Below, piece by piece: positions 51,301-62,992 of a stretch of DNA of 64,000 nt. The stretch covers positions 3,776,001 through 3,840,000 of the forward strand of contig CBDANF010000003.1 in assembly GCA_965197475.1 (NCBI GenBank). The letters are read 5' to 3'. The position numbers and the translations under genes are program-made. This DNA is from Candidatus Poribacteria bacterium (lineage in GTDB: Bacteria; Poribacteria; WGA-4E; WGA-3G). Under the pieces are notes generated by a model. The model had not been told where the DNA came from. It did not search any database and worked only from the letters and a program-made list of their open reading frames with translations. Within the stretch, counting starts at the first letter, position 1. Each line of letters opens with the position of its first letter.

Positions 51301-51392
51301 TAAATCTCAACAGTATCCCACACCGTCGTCTTGTGCGGTTAGGAAACCGCACCTACCAGGACACGTTTAAATCTCAACAGTATCCCACACCG
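51301..51392. repeat. 25-bp direct duplication of the mod 3' end flanking a REP hairpin
   Basis: taaatctcaacagtatcccacaccg at 51301-51325 and 51368-51392, with gtgcggttaggaaaccgcacctac in between. Confidence 0.85.
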
Positions 51393-54300
51393 ACCCTGAG
51401 TCAAAATCCGATATGGTGATAATGTGAATCTGCCGCAAATCTGAACCTGCAAGCAGCTCATTCTGATTCGCATCATAGTTAACGTCTAACTGTGTAACAC
51501 CCGCTAACCGCGCATCATTCAAAATCTCCAACAAAGCCTCTGTATCTTCCATGTCATCTGACACGTTGCGGAACACGACTGCCCGTGTACCACTCCGAAC
51601 AACCCGATAGACCTGATCCTCTAAATCAAAACGTAGCCGCCGCTGAACTGCAAGCCCTTTAAGATAACAGTAGGTTTCCAAAACATCTACGTAACCTTCT
51701 GTGCTATCCTTACCGTAAGTGATACGATTAGAAAATGGGGCGCGCATATCCATCATCAACCGAATTTGCTGTTCCTCAGGACGATAGAGGTATTTTACGG
51801 GGAGCTCTGTCTCGGTGTTTTCGTTCGGTGGTAAGGTTGTAAGGTTGTTGAGGACATCCTCATACTGTTCCAGACGTTGATACTTGACAATGCCTACGGT
51901 GCCATCAATTTTCTTTTTTGCGTCAGGTTTACCATCTTTCCAATTTTCAGAGAACATGACGCGACGAATCCGCTCCTTCAATGTACTTTCAAAATAATTG
52001 CCCATTTCAACAAGGATAAATTTGCGATTACCTTTGTCCTTATCTTTTTCTTTATCAGTTTTGTTGAGGTTGAGTACGGCATGTCCTGTGGTGCCGCTAC
52101 CAGCAAAATAATCCAATACCATTCCATCAGATATCAGGCCGCAAGCCAGCAAACAGTCAGATACTAGAAAAACTGATTTTGGAAAGTTGAAGTTGTTATT
52201 TCCCAGAATTTCCTCCAATGCTGTTGTTCCATAGCGGGCTGCGGCATAAGTGCCCTCACTCCACCATGTTTTCGGGACAGCGTCCTCCTGCATACGTGAT
52301 TTATATTCGACTTGAATGTTATCCGCGCGTCGAACCCGGTATTCGTCTCTTTCTCTTGATACTTTTTCCCAGCCATGTCGCCACCTTTTTTCCACCCCTG
52401 CTTTAATAGGCCAGACAGACACTTCATCCTCATAAGGTTTTTCTAAAACATTATAAAAACGTGTTGACTCATCCCATGTCATATCTGGAATTCGGATAGT
52501 GTTATCTCGCTTAACGTAAATCGGATAAAACATAGTTGGCACATCTACTCTGTTATCGCCCGGAGGTCGCCGTATTAGATTGTCCCACGTAAATCGTCCT
52601 TGTGCATCTTGGTGTGGATAACTGTTTTTCTGCTTTTCTGTCTTTGGTAAACTACCAGGTGATGCTCCCGAATTTCCGTAGAAAATAGCATATTCATGCG
52701 CTGGTGAAAAATAACCTTTTCTCGCTCGTCCTTGCGGATTTGAACGCACTGCAGCAATCCCTAACTCTTTCTCAAAAAGATCTGCTAAAAGGAATCGCAA
52801 TGGCGAGATCTCTACGTCGTCAATAGCCACACAAATAATCCCTTTATTCTGTAAAAGCTCTTTTGATAACAAAAGCCGGTCGCACATTAACGACAACCAA
52901 GAAGAATTTTTATAGTCGTTTTTATATAGAATTGGAGAACCTTGAGTGTTGTACGGTGGGTCAATATATACACAATTTAATCGACTTCTATATTTTTCCT
53001 GAAGCAGGTCCAATGCCTGAAAGTTTTCGCTGTTGAGAAGCACTCCATCGATTTGTGATTCTAAATCATCAAATAGCGCGAGGAGTTTGTCAACGAAAGT
53101 TTCATCAAAATACCGCGTGTCAAGCGGTAAAGTCGGATACACCCCGTCAAGCAATGGCAGCTGCTCCCTAATGTCAATACCGAATGTGTCTCGCCAGTCA
53201 TCAAGTTGTGCCTTGTTTTCCAGAATTTGAGAGAAGAGTGCCTCACGTTTCTCAGGGTCAACTTTTGATACCTCCGAAATTTTACCTATAGAGATAAGAT
53301 AATCTGTGGTGATAACCTTTTTCTTCATCAGAAACAGCTGCTTTTGGAACGTCTCCACGGTAACAAGTAGCGCAATTACCTCATCGGTGACTCTGCGGAA
53401 TGCGGTTGCAATAGCGAACGCGGGATTTTCAGGACTGAGGTTCAGGAGTGTGTCCAAATCGCCGAGGATGATGTTTTGGATATAACGGCGTTGCTCCGTT
53501 TTAAGGAATTTATCCAAGTCTTTATGGATAAAGTAATCGGAATCCATGCCAACAAAAAAGGTGTTTAAATATTTATCAAATGTGTGGAATCTACGTACTC
53601 TTGGGCGTTTTTCAAGTGTTGCCTGCCGTTCTGTTTTGTTTTTACCGAGTGCCTTGTCCCTGAAGTCAAGTCGGTCTGCCAACTTTCCCGCATAGTTTGT
53701 CAAGTTAACTTGCAGTGCCTTAATACCTTGCAATTTTCCGTTTTGCACCTTGTCGTAAGTATCTGCCAAGTCCTTAAAGATCGGTTTGCTTTGTTCCTTA
53801 CCCTTCTTTGGGCGTTCGTGCAGATAGATATTCACATCATCTGTCTCGCCAAAAATCTGCACGTTCATCTCACGATATATCTCCACTTTTGGCGTTGAGG
53901 TTTCTGCTAAATGGAGAATAACACACCATGTTGGCTCAGCGTTACCGGGTTCGGGCGGTTCAATTCTATCAAAGCGGTAGTGTTTAAAATTATCACGGTT
54001 ACTGTTCTGTGCAATACTGGAGCTCGCTTTTCCTTCTAACCGATATTCAATCCGTTTACCTTCAATCTCAAAGGCTACGCTATTGAAACCCGTTGCAGTT
54101 TTTACATAATAACTGTCCCGACATTTCCAATGAAAAAGTATATCAGTCCCGTTATAGTTTGTCTCATCAGGATAATTTATTTTATAATGTGCGGTACTTC
54201 TGTCGTTGTAACCGAAATCCCCATCTCTGTAGTAACCTTCAAAAAAGTTGTGGATGTGATTATAGACACGAAAAGCAAGGTGTGCTTTGAGTTTATCTGG

Positions 54301-54666
54301 GTCGGTTTGTAATGGGGAGATAAGTTCTTCCTGATCTTCAGTCTGAAGAAAATCTATGAGTGTTTGAGCTTCCATTACAATGTTCTCAAGACACTCCCTA
54401 TGCCTCCGGCTACCATATTCATTTACATATTCCTTGACCAGTGTAAGTTGACTGTCGTAAAGTGCCTTGGCAACTTCTGTGAGTGCTTCGTCAACTATTG
54501 CAGGCAACTTTTCATCTATGAATTGGTTGACTTCATCACGTTTGATTTTGAGGATGCGAAAGATACCGAAGTCCAGATCGGTATGTGTGAAATGAAACAT
54601 TTCGCGGAGTTTTTCGCGAAGGGTGTTAAGTGCATCGGTTGTAGGATTAATTTCTGGCATTGACAT
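51367..54666 (-). CDS. mod: Type III R-M Mod subunit (beta-class N6-adenine methyltransferase)
   Basis: Motif IV YIDPPYN, TRD, FPKS, motif I DYFAGSGTTG. The long N-terminus DLDFGIFRI is typical of large Mod proteins. Confidence 0.92.
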   Translation of the reverse strand: MSMPEINPTTDALNTLREKLREMFHFTHTDLDFGIFRILKIKRDEVNQFIDEKLPAIVDEALTEVAKALYDSQLTLVKEYVNEYGSRRHRECLENIVMEAQTLIDFLQTEDQEELISPLQTDPDKLKAHLAFRVYNHIHNFFEGYYRDGDFGYNDRSTAHYKINYPDETNYNGTDILFHWKCRDSYYVKTATGFNSVAFEIEGKRIEYRLEGKASSSIAQNSNRDNFKHYRFDRIEPPEPGNAEPTWCVILHLAETSTPKVEIYREMNVQIFGETDDVNIYLHERPKKGKEQSKPIFKDLADTYDKVQNGKLQGIKALQVNLTNYAGKLADRLDFRDKALGKNKTERQATLEKRPRVRRFHTFDKYLNTFFVGMDSDYFIHKDLDKFLKTEQRRYIQNIILGDLDTLLNLSPENPAFAIATAFRRVTDEVIALLVTVETFQKQLFLMKKKVITTDYLISIGKISEVSKVDPEKREALFSQILENKAQLDDWRDTFGIDIREQLPLLDGVYPTLPLDTRYFDETFVDKLLALFDDLESQIDGVLLNSENFQALDLLQEKYRSRLNCVYIDPPYNTQGSPILYKNDYKNSSWLSLMCDRLLLSKELLQNKGIICVAIDDVEISPLRFLLADLFEKELGIAAVRSNPQGRARKGYFSPAHEYAIFYGNSGASPGSLPKTEKQKNSYPHQDAQGRFTWDNLIRRPPGDNRVDVPTMFYPIYVKRDNTIRIPDMTWDESTRFYNVLEKPYEDEVSVWPIKAGVEKRWRHGWEKVSRERDEYRVRRADNIQVEYKSRMQEDAVPKTWWSEGTYAAARYGTTALEEILGNNNFNFPKSVFLVSDCLLACGLISDGMVLDYFAGSGTTGHAVLNLNKTDKEKDKDKGNRKFILVEMGNYFESTLKERIRRVMFSENWKDGKPDAKKKIDGTVGIVKYQRLEQYEDVLNNLTTLPPNENTETELPVKYLYRPEEQQIRLMMDMRAPFSNRITYGKDSTEGYVDVLETYCYLKGLAVQRRLRFDLEDQVYRVVRSGTRAVVFRNVSDDMEDTEALLEILNDARLAGVTQLDVNYDANQNELLAGSDLRQIHIITISDFDSGSVWDTVEI

Positions 54667-54884
54667 ATTGTCCTATATCTGTTCGTATATTCAACAAATT
54701 ACAAGAGATAGCGAAAAATGTCAAGCGATAAATTCTATGAGCTGCGTAAGGGTGTGTAAAGTTTTTGTACGAAGTCATATTGAGTAAAACATAAGGATGT
54801 GGTAAAATAGGGAAAGAAAAGGGTATAATTTATGTCCCATTCTTTCCACTTCAGATACCGATTTACTTTATGAAAGGTGTTATT

Positions 54885-55323
54885 ATGGCAAACGAGGCTC
54901 AAAAATCACCAAAATACAACTGTATTCCCAAACAGGTTTCCCGTAAAGATTTTGCCCGAAGCATTCACCGATCTTATCGCCTTTGCTAATCGTATTGGAA
55001 TGGATCTTAGTGCTTCCGTTCTAACACTGGATTCCGGTTTTGATTCCAAAGAGAATCATAAGATTATCAAACAACACGGGCTGCTCCCGGTGATATATCC
55101 GAACCGACGGAATGCCAAAGAACCTATTGTAATTGCCCGTCCGTTCCGGTGGTTTAACAAAGAAATGGACAAAGACCGATATAAAGTGGAGCGAACCTTT
55201 GGTTGGCAAGGGACTTATCGGAAACTTGCCCTTAGTTATGATAAACTCAAAGAAACCCGTTTAGGTTTTCGTAATTTAGCATATTCAATGATAAACTTTC
55301 GGAGAACTTTCAACGATGCTTAG
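54885..55323 (+). mobile_element. Internally deleted IS5-family transposase remnant
   Basis: An N-terminal piece MANEAQKSPKYNCIPKQVSRKDF joined out of frame to a C-terminal DDE part LDSGFDS..RYKVERTFGW..YRKLALSYDK. Confidence 0.75.
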
Positions 55324-55355
55324 CTCGTACTCGCTATGAGTTCATAAATTGAAGA

Positions 55356-56585
55356 TCAGTTCCACGCCATACTAATTTTGGTGATAGCCTCCACAACCTG
55401 ATCCATGTCCGATTCTGATCCAAGGAGAAGATTTTGGAAAAGCCACACACTCTGATCACAAACTAATTCGGCATTTGGGCATGGCAATGACCGTATAAGA
55501 TGCGGGTATTTATCAGCGACGTGTGCCATTCCCGGCTCCTGAGATAAAGGAGAACGGTAACCGATTGAACACGGTATCCCTTCTGCAGATAGGGCGTTGA
55601 CGAATTCCTGTCTCGATTTTCCTCCGAAGCCATCAGGATCATACTTCATACAGTAAAGGTGGTACCCATGTTTTGTAACCCATGCTGCAAGTTTTGGGGG
55701 TGTGATTCCTGAAATCGTTTTCAACGAATTTGAGAGATAGGTTGCATTTCGATTGCGAAGGTCGGTTTGCGCCTCAAGGAGTTCTAAGCGCACCAATAAG
55801 ATTGCTGCGAGATATTCAGATGGACGGTAGTTCCACCCAAGCCGTGGATATTCCCATCTTGCACCGCCGGGCGCACGTCCCACATTCATGAAGGCACAAA
55901 CACGGTCGTGGATATCTTTGTCGTCTGTCGTAACCATGCCACCTTCACCAGAAGTAAGATTTTTCGACGATTGAAAACTAAATGCACCCACATCACCAAG
56001 ACTACCAACCTTTTTTCTCAGGTATTCTGCACCGTGTGCCTGCGCGCAATCTTCAATAATTTTGAGCTGATGATGTTTGGCAATTTCTTGTAACGCGCCC
56101 ATATCTACTGGATGTCCACCGAGGTGGACAGGGAGAATTGCACAAGTTTCTGATCGAATCGCAGCCGCTACCGCTTCGGGATCAATCGTAAACGTATTAG
56201 GGCAAATATCCACAAACGCGACGGTACATCTACGTTCCAAAACAGCACTTGCTGTCGCTACAAACGTATAGTTTGGAACGATGACTTCTCCGCCATCGCT
56301 GAACCCATCAAGGTCAAGCGCACCAGCTAACGCTGCACTGATAGAATCTGTCCCGTGTGGCATAAAAAGGGCGTAATTTGTGCCAGAATATACAGCATAT
56401 TGCTCACAAAAACGTGGTATCATTGTGCCACCTAATCCTTCGTTACCACTCATATAGACATCACGAAGCAACGGCTCAATCTGCAATTCCCATTCATCAG
56501 ATGTCCGTATCGGCCAGAAGGGCCACGGGTGGGTTTGTGTGTTTCGTACAGGCGTGCCGCCAGAAATCGTTAACTGGTTGGACAT
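55356..56585 (-). CDS. DegT/DnrJ/EryC1/StrS family PLP aminotransferase
   Basis: TFVATA, PVHLGG, IEDCAQAHG, FSFQSSKNLTSGEGG, GWNYR. Confidence 0.93.
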   Translation of the reverse strand: MSNQLTISGGTPVRNTQTHPWPFWPIRTSDEWELQIEPLLRDVYMSGNEGLGGTMIPRFCEQYAVYSGTNYALFMPHGTDSISAALAGALDLDGFSDGGEVIVPNYTFVATASAVLERRCTVAFVDICPNTFTIDPEAVAAAIRSETCAILPVHLGGHPVDMGALQEIAKHHQLKIIEDCAQAHGAEYLRKKVGSLGDVGAFSFQSSKNLTSGEGGMVTTDDKDIHDRVCAFMNVGRAPGGARWEYPRLGWNYRPSEYLAAILLVRLELLEAQTDLRNRNATYLSNSLKTISGITPPKLAAWVTKHGYHLYCMKYDPDGFGGKSRQEFVNALSAEGIPCSIGYRSPLSQEPGMAHVADKYPHLIRSLPCPNAELVCDQSVWLFQNLLLGSESDMDQVVEAITKISMAWN

Positions 56586-56771
56586 GTGAGTCTCCGAAGG
56601 GTATAAAAATCGGTTGTAAATTATTGTGTAATTTACATTTTGTAACCCACAGGATACCCTAATATAGAAATAATTGCAAGGAAAATAAGACGCAGCAAAA
56701 TAGTTGACATTTTGCTTTGGAATATGTTAATATGTTATTATGAAATTTTGGGGGGAGGAGATGAAAGAAGA

Positions 56772-59700
56772 ATGAATGACGGAATTGATGGAGAACAAGA
56801 CCCATCGCAAGTAACAGGCGGAGTTACGAACCTTGTCCCGGAGTTAAACCCTCAGCAACGCGACATTCACTTAAACCTGAAAAATATTGGAGAAGAAATA
56901 GCCGCCTTCTATCTGGATGGGCTCAAAATTCTTCATGTTAGGAATCTGCAAACCGCAGCGAGTCTGTTAGGGCATCTTGCCAAGGAAATTGACAGTGGTT
57001 TAAAAGATCTTCTGCCGACAAAAGAGGATACTAAGAAAATATTTAACCTACTTGATGGAAAGGGGTTTGCACAACCAAAACAAATTGCATTAATCCTAGC
57101 AGCCTTAGACTTAGATATTGATAATTTGCGATCATCTACGCCATTGACAAATCATGACAGGGCACGAATGGAGAATCGTCTGTAGGAACAACGGATTAAG
57201 TCTATCAAAAAAACTTGCTTCAATTTTTAAAACACTAAATCTGGATATTGATAATTTACCGCCTTCAAATGTTGCAAACCGTGTAAATATTGCTACCCAC
57301 TGGATAGATGTTTCAATAAGATTTAACGATTTCGACCACGATCATGGTGTTGGAAAACCTCCTCGGCCGCTAGAAGAATTTATGCCCCTTTGGGAAACTT
57401 TTGAGGGTGTTCTAGCAAATCTAGTAGGGAGTTACCTCAATTTTTCCTCTCATGTAATAAAACAAATTCTTGACCACAAGGTTCCTACTAAGGAAATAAA
57501 AAATACTTTGCCTAATATGGTAAAACCTGATCCGTTAGAAGCTGGGCCAGGATATCCATATTTCTTTGGAGAACTTAAACATCGCGGATGGTTGGAATTC
57601 CTGAATAACGCTGAATATTTCAATCCAAAATACAATCCTCCGCCCCAAGAAGTGCCTGATCAGCCCGGATACTATAGGACTCCCAGCTGGCATGCTCTGG
57701 AATACGTAGTGGAGGTCGCAGACCAAACTAAAAATCGACGATCTGGCCAGATAATCAGAATCCTGGTCGAAATAGTTGATGCTATCATCAATTATACTGA
57801 CGACAATGGGGAGAGAATTGAGAATGATCGTACAGACCTGCAGATTATCAAAATTATCGCTGTACTTCCAACGGACAGGATAGAATCTCAACATATCGCT
57901 TTTATGGGAACAGCACTGAAATCCAAATGGAACAGTGGAACAGTGGATCAAGAAATAGGTCAAACAATTCTACCTAAGTTTCTTGATGGAGGCGTACAAA
58001 AGTTAACCCTTGAACTACTCAAAATAATGCTTGAAGTCAGATCTGTTGATGGGCGAATCTGTCCTATAATGGATGAGCATTGGCTTGAAGATGCCCTCAA
58101 AAAACATGGGCAAGCTATCGCGAATTTATGTGGCGTTGAAGCTGCACAGATTGCACTTACGCAAATCCGAACACTTGCTAATGCAGATGCTTATCTGTTT
58201 AATTTCATACAATTAGTTGAAAGTGATCTTTCTCAACTCTCACATGCGGATTACACGGAATTGGTAGTAAGTTTTACAAGTTGTCTCTTTCAGTATGCTG
58301 AACCTAATAATATCAAGGAAACAGTCCAAGCTCTGCTAAACGAACCACATACCATTATTAGACGGATTGCAGTCAAATCGATAAGCCAACATTACGGCAA
58401 TTTGAAACAAATGTTTTGGGAATGGGAAGGCAATCCACTTGATGAATATGAATTGAAACCCGAAATGTACCAATTGATTCAAACCAATAGTTCTACTTTT
58501 GACGATGACGAAATGGAGCAGATATTACAATGGATAGAATCAACCCAGAACTAACAGACAATAAAGACGACGAAACGCAGGCGAAATATGTGGCTTACAG
58601 AAGGCGCGAATGGCTTTCTGCGCTTTTGGAAACAGGCAATGAAAAGGTTGCTACAACCTATAAAAAATATGACCAACTACATAAAGAAAATATAAAGAAT
58701 TCTGGGATTATGCCTAAGTCAGGGGCAATCAGTCCTATGAGACCACTGACAGTTAATGAACTTTCTAAGATGTCAAATACTCAGGTCGCTGCTTATCTGA
58801 ATGATTACAAAGAAGCAAAAATTATCGGTTTGCCAGACCTTGAAGGTCAAGGACTCGCGGATACGTTAGCAAAATGTGTGGAAGCGGACCCTCAACGGTT
58901 TTCGGATAATCTGCTACCCTTCCAAGGAGTTCGCAATCTGTACCTATCTTCACTATTACAAGGTTTCCACAACGCGTGGCGAAATGGAAAAGAGTTCAAC
59001 TGGGCGGTACTGCTGAAATTCATATATCAAACCTTCTCGTCCAAACGATTCTGGACCGAGCAGTATGAAACTGGCTTTAACTATAGGAATTGGTTTTTTT
59101 CCGGTGCAGCAGATTTAATATCAGAGGGAACAAAAAGTGATAAACATGCATTTGATGCACAACTTTTGCCTCTTGCAGAACAAATTTTATTGGTTCTCGT
59201 AGAAAATGCTCAACAGAGTGTGTCAACCCTCAATAATCTCTCTACCGATGTCCTGAATTCAGATAGAGGTAAAGTGTTTTCGGCAATGATAAACTATGCC
59301 TTACGGTTCGCCCGTACAAACGAAGATGAACTTGAAGATTGCCGATGGCCACAGTCCATCAGAACAGATTTCACCAAAAGATTAGATAGAAACGTTGAAC
59401 CATCGCTTGAGTTTTCTTATACGCTTGGGATTTACTTACCATACTTGGCATATCTTGATGAAAGGTGGGTTATAGAGAATATAGACAGCATTTTCCCACA
59501 GCATGATGAAGATCATTGGCAAGCCGCTTTTTCTGGATATTTGTTACATCCCGGAGTCCGCGAGGAATTTTATTCTTTGCTAAAAACACACGGACACTAT
59601 CGAAAAGCATTGAGTACCCATTTTGCTGACGCTGAAGTGTTAGATAGACTTGTTAAGCATATCTGTACCGGTTGGATAGAAGATAGCGAAGCTTTGAATG

Positions 59701-60251
59701 ATAAAAGCAGCCTTATTTATCAGTTGATACACAGTGGTAACCCAAATCTTCTTTCTAGCGTAGTCTATTTTTTCTCGCGCCGCAAGGATAATCTATCCGA
59801 CAAAGTAAAGGTAAAAGTTATGCCAGCGTGGCGTGCCTTGTTTAAAATCCTTTCGCAACATAGTGAAGAAAAGGAATATCAGGCAGTTTTAAGTCTTCTT
59901 TCCATGTGGTTAGGGCTAATTGATAAAATAGATGATGAAGTGCTCGCTTGGATAAGAGTATCCATGAACTATCTTGACAAGGTCCCAGGTTACGCTTTTA
60001 CCTTATCAAGTGTTATTGAGGCTTTGCAGAGACATGTGTTGACAACACCTCAGAAAGTTGGGAAAATTTATTTGGAAATTCCTACGCGTGAAATGTGGTT
60101 CCTCGGACAAACGCAAAAAGTCGAAGTTGAAGAAACCGTTCGAATTCTATATAAAAAAGGGTATAAGGATATTGCCAATGAAATTTGCAATCGATTCGGA
60201 AAGGCAGGAGTTGACTTTTTAAGATCCGTTTATGAAGAATATCAGACTTAG
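56772..60251 (+). CDS. Large (~1160 aa) hypothetical protein in three frameshifted pieces, with a HEPN-like N-terminus and a helical C-terminal scaffold
   Basis: Consecutive same-strand ORFs 56712-57185, 57154-58554 and 58530-60251 overlap at short junctions. An R-x5-H motif (RFNDFDH) is present and the remainder looks all-alpha. Confidence 0.6.
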
Positions 60252-60347
60252 TTATTCTCAAGGTAGTAGGAAAAATATTGATTTCAAAGGAGAATTTTTT
60301 AGTATCCATTCAATCTCTTTAATGGCCAAAGGGAAAGAACAGCACTT

Positions 60348-61952
60348 ATGAAAAAATATAATAGCATTTCCTTAATTTTATGCTTAATTCTTGCAGAAAT
60401 CCTCCTTTTCAACATTTGTATTGGAAAAGCAAATGACGCAGACAGAGTTGTCATCGCCGAATTTGAATGGAGAGGAAAACAGCAAATTACTTTTGAAGAT
60501 ATGATGAAAGAAATTAGTCAGCTGCCAGAACACAAGCAACGTCAATATCAAAGTAAAGAGGGACTTGTGACCTATATGCAACTCATGGCAGAGAGTCGAT
60601 TAATTCTTTGTCTCGCAAAAGACAAAAAACTCAACGAAGATCCACAAATTCTTCAGAAGGTCAAAGATTATCACCATGAATTAATAGGTAGTAAAAGAAG
60701 GATCGGCCACCCCGAGAATTTCCAGGTAACGTCCGAGCATTTCAAAAAACTAGAGGACTATACCCATCAACTGATGATAGAAAAACTTACTGAAATCGAA
60801 GTAGATGCAAAAGTAAGTTATACTGATGAAGATCTTATGTCTTATTACGAAGCACATAAGAATTACTACGTTAGTGAAGCTAAAGTTCGCGCAACTTGTA
60901 TCACATTTAAAGATGAAGATCTAGCTAACAAAACTTTAAAAGTCATCAAGGCCGGTAGAGATATAATTGAGATGGCAAAGCAACTCTTTGAAGAAGGCAA
61001 ATTAGCAGATGGACCAGGGACTACTGAAGAAGACCCTGGTAACACCTTTTTCTTTTCTAGAACTGCTTCGATTCCTTGGTCGGAATTCATTAATGCTGTT
61101 TTTGTCATGAAGGTTGGCGAAATGACAGATGTCGTCTTTGAGACTAAAGTTAATGATGAAACTTATTATCTTATTTTCAGGAAAGAGGAACAGCAACCGG
61201 CTCGCAATCAATCGTTTGATGAAGCCAAAAACGACGTTGAGCGAAAAGTCAAGCAGAACAAGCAACGTACTCGAATCATTGAATGGATAACAGAATTATC
61301 TGAAAAAGGTAGACTCAAAACCTATCCAAAAAAAATATCTGAACTATTTTATCTCGGTGAGTTAACTGTACAAACCCCACAGCAAATCGCCAAAAAAGCC
61401 TTAGCCTCTACAGTCTTAGTCGTTATGGAAGATGCCAATAGACACCCGCTGAGCTCAGGGAGTGGTTTCTTTGTAGAGCGCGGCATGATTGCCACTAATC
61501 TTCACGTCGTAGAAGGAGTACTGAGAGGATATGTTAAACGTGTTGGGACTGATAGAAAGTACCCTATAGCAGGTATTGTCGCTATGGATTCTCGACAAGA
61601 TTTAGCTATTATCAAGGTTTCAGATATTGGCGCGCCGTTCCTTCCCCTCGGCAAAAGTGATAAAGTACAGGTTGGTGAGTCTGTCTACATCGCTGGCAAT
61701 CCGATAGGGTTTTTGGAAGGAACATTTTCAGATGGTATCGTCAGTGGTGTCCGTAAATTCAAGGTTAGTAGCGAACGTATCCAAATTACTGCACCGATTT
61801 CCAAAGGTAGCAGTGGCGGTCCTGTGCTTAACAGCAAAGGAGAGGTTATCGGTATTGCAGTATCAACTATAACAGCAGGACAGAATCTGAACTTTGCCAT
61901 TCCTGCAAACTATCTTAAGAAATTGCTTTCTAAGGTGGGAACGCGGAAATAA
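60348..61952 (+). CDS. PrsA/PpiC-like foldase domain fused to a trypsin-like (S1C) serine protease
   Basis: Signal peptide, parvulin/SurA-like region (YYEAHK..Y..EAKVRA..I; F.NAVF.MKVGE), triad TNLH / DLAI / GSSGGP. Confidence 0.8.
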   Translation: MKKYNSISLILCLILAEILLFNICIGKANDADRVVIAEFEWRGKQQITFEDMMKEISQLPEHKQRQYQSKEGLVTYMQLMAESRLILCLAKDKKLNEDPQILQKVKDYHHELIGSKRRIGHPENFQVTSEHFKKLEDYTHQLMIEKLTEIEVDAKVSYTDEDLMSYYEAHKNYYVSEAKVRATCITFKDEDLANKTLKVIKAGRDIIEMAKQLFEEGKLADGPGTTEEDPGNTFFFSRTASIPWSEFINAVFVMKVGEMTDVVFETKVNDETYYLIFRKEEQQPARNQSFDEAKNDVERKVKQNKQRTRIIEWITELSEKGRLKTYPKKISELFYLGELTVQTPQQIAKKALASTVLVVMEDANRHPLSSGSGFFVERGMIATNLHVVEGVLRGYVKRVGTDRKYPIAGIVAMDSRQDLAIIKVSDIGAPFLPLGKSDKVQVGESVYIAGNPIGFLEGTFSDGIVSGVRKFKVSSERIQITAPISKGSSGGPVLNSKGEVIGIAVSTITAGQNLNFAIPANYLKKLLSKVGTRK

Positions 61953-62239
61953 AAATTTGGCAAACGAAATTAACGACCCATCCAATTTTCAGAGTCGCTT
62001 TAAATAACATCTACCCTTAACCTCCCACAAACCCATACCCAGACTGAATTTATTGCAACTTTTCTATTTATAGATTTTTCACATTTACTCTGAAAACCCT
62101 GAAATTTCCTATCTTTTCTATCCATAAAATTCCAAACAAATTTCCACATTTTAATTCCCACCGTCTCAAAAAACATGTTATAATATTAACGCACTCCAAG
62201 AGACGAATCTAAACTTGCTTTTACAGAGGAGAAATCATA

Positions 62240-62982
62240 ATGCCTAAAGTTACCTTTGTGTTGTTACTATGCTCACTAATTATCACGAGTCTAAGTATTG
62301 CGAACCCTGCTGAAGACGGTCTCGTCGCTTATTGGTCTTTTGACGAGGGCACTGGCAAAACAGCAGCAGATGCTACTGGCAACGGACATGATGGAGAATT
62401 TAAGGGTGCACCCAAATGGGTTGCGGGGAAATTCGGGACCGCACTGGAATTTGACGGCGTGGATGACCACGTTGCAGTTGCAGATAACGCCGCACTGGAC
62501 ATACAAGAAAATATCACGCTGATGGCATGGTTCAGTCCAAACGATGTCCTAACGAGCCGCCGTTTGATGGTTAAGAATAACTCTATCTTCGTCATTTTTG
62601 ACTTCGGCAACACGAACAGCATTGATTTTCTCGTGAAACCGGACAATACTTTTGCTGAATCTAAAACAACCGATTGGAAAGTTGGTGAATGGTATCATTT
62701 CGCCGGAACGTTTGATGGAAAGACTTTGAAGGTCTATATAAACGGTAAATTAGAAGGTGAAAAAGCTAACAATGTCAAAATTGCGCCCTCCGATTTAGAA
62801 CTGTGGATAGGCGGGGATGATAACGGTCGAGCGACTGACTGGTTTCCGGTAAAATAGATGAGGTTCGGCTTTACGACAAGACCCTAAGCGAAGCGGACAT
62901 CCAAAGAGTCATGGATACACCCGCGGACGTGGAAGCACAGGGAAAACCCACCACAACGTGGGGAAAAATAAAGGGTTTTTAG
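62240..62982 (+). CDS. Exported LamG-like (concanavalin A) protein with a C-terminal W-K tail (one frameshift at ~62846)
   Basis: GLVAYWSFDEG, GKFGTALEFDG, WYHFAGTFDG..YING. Adding one base restores FPGKIDEVRLY..DVEAQGKPTTTWGKIKGF*. Confidence 0.88.
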
Positions 62983-62992
62983 AGGAATTTGT

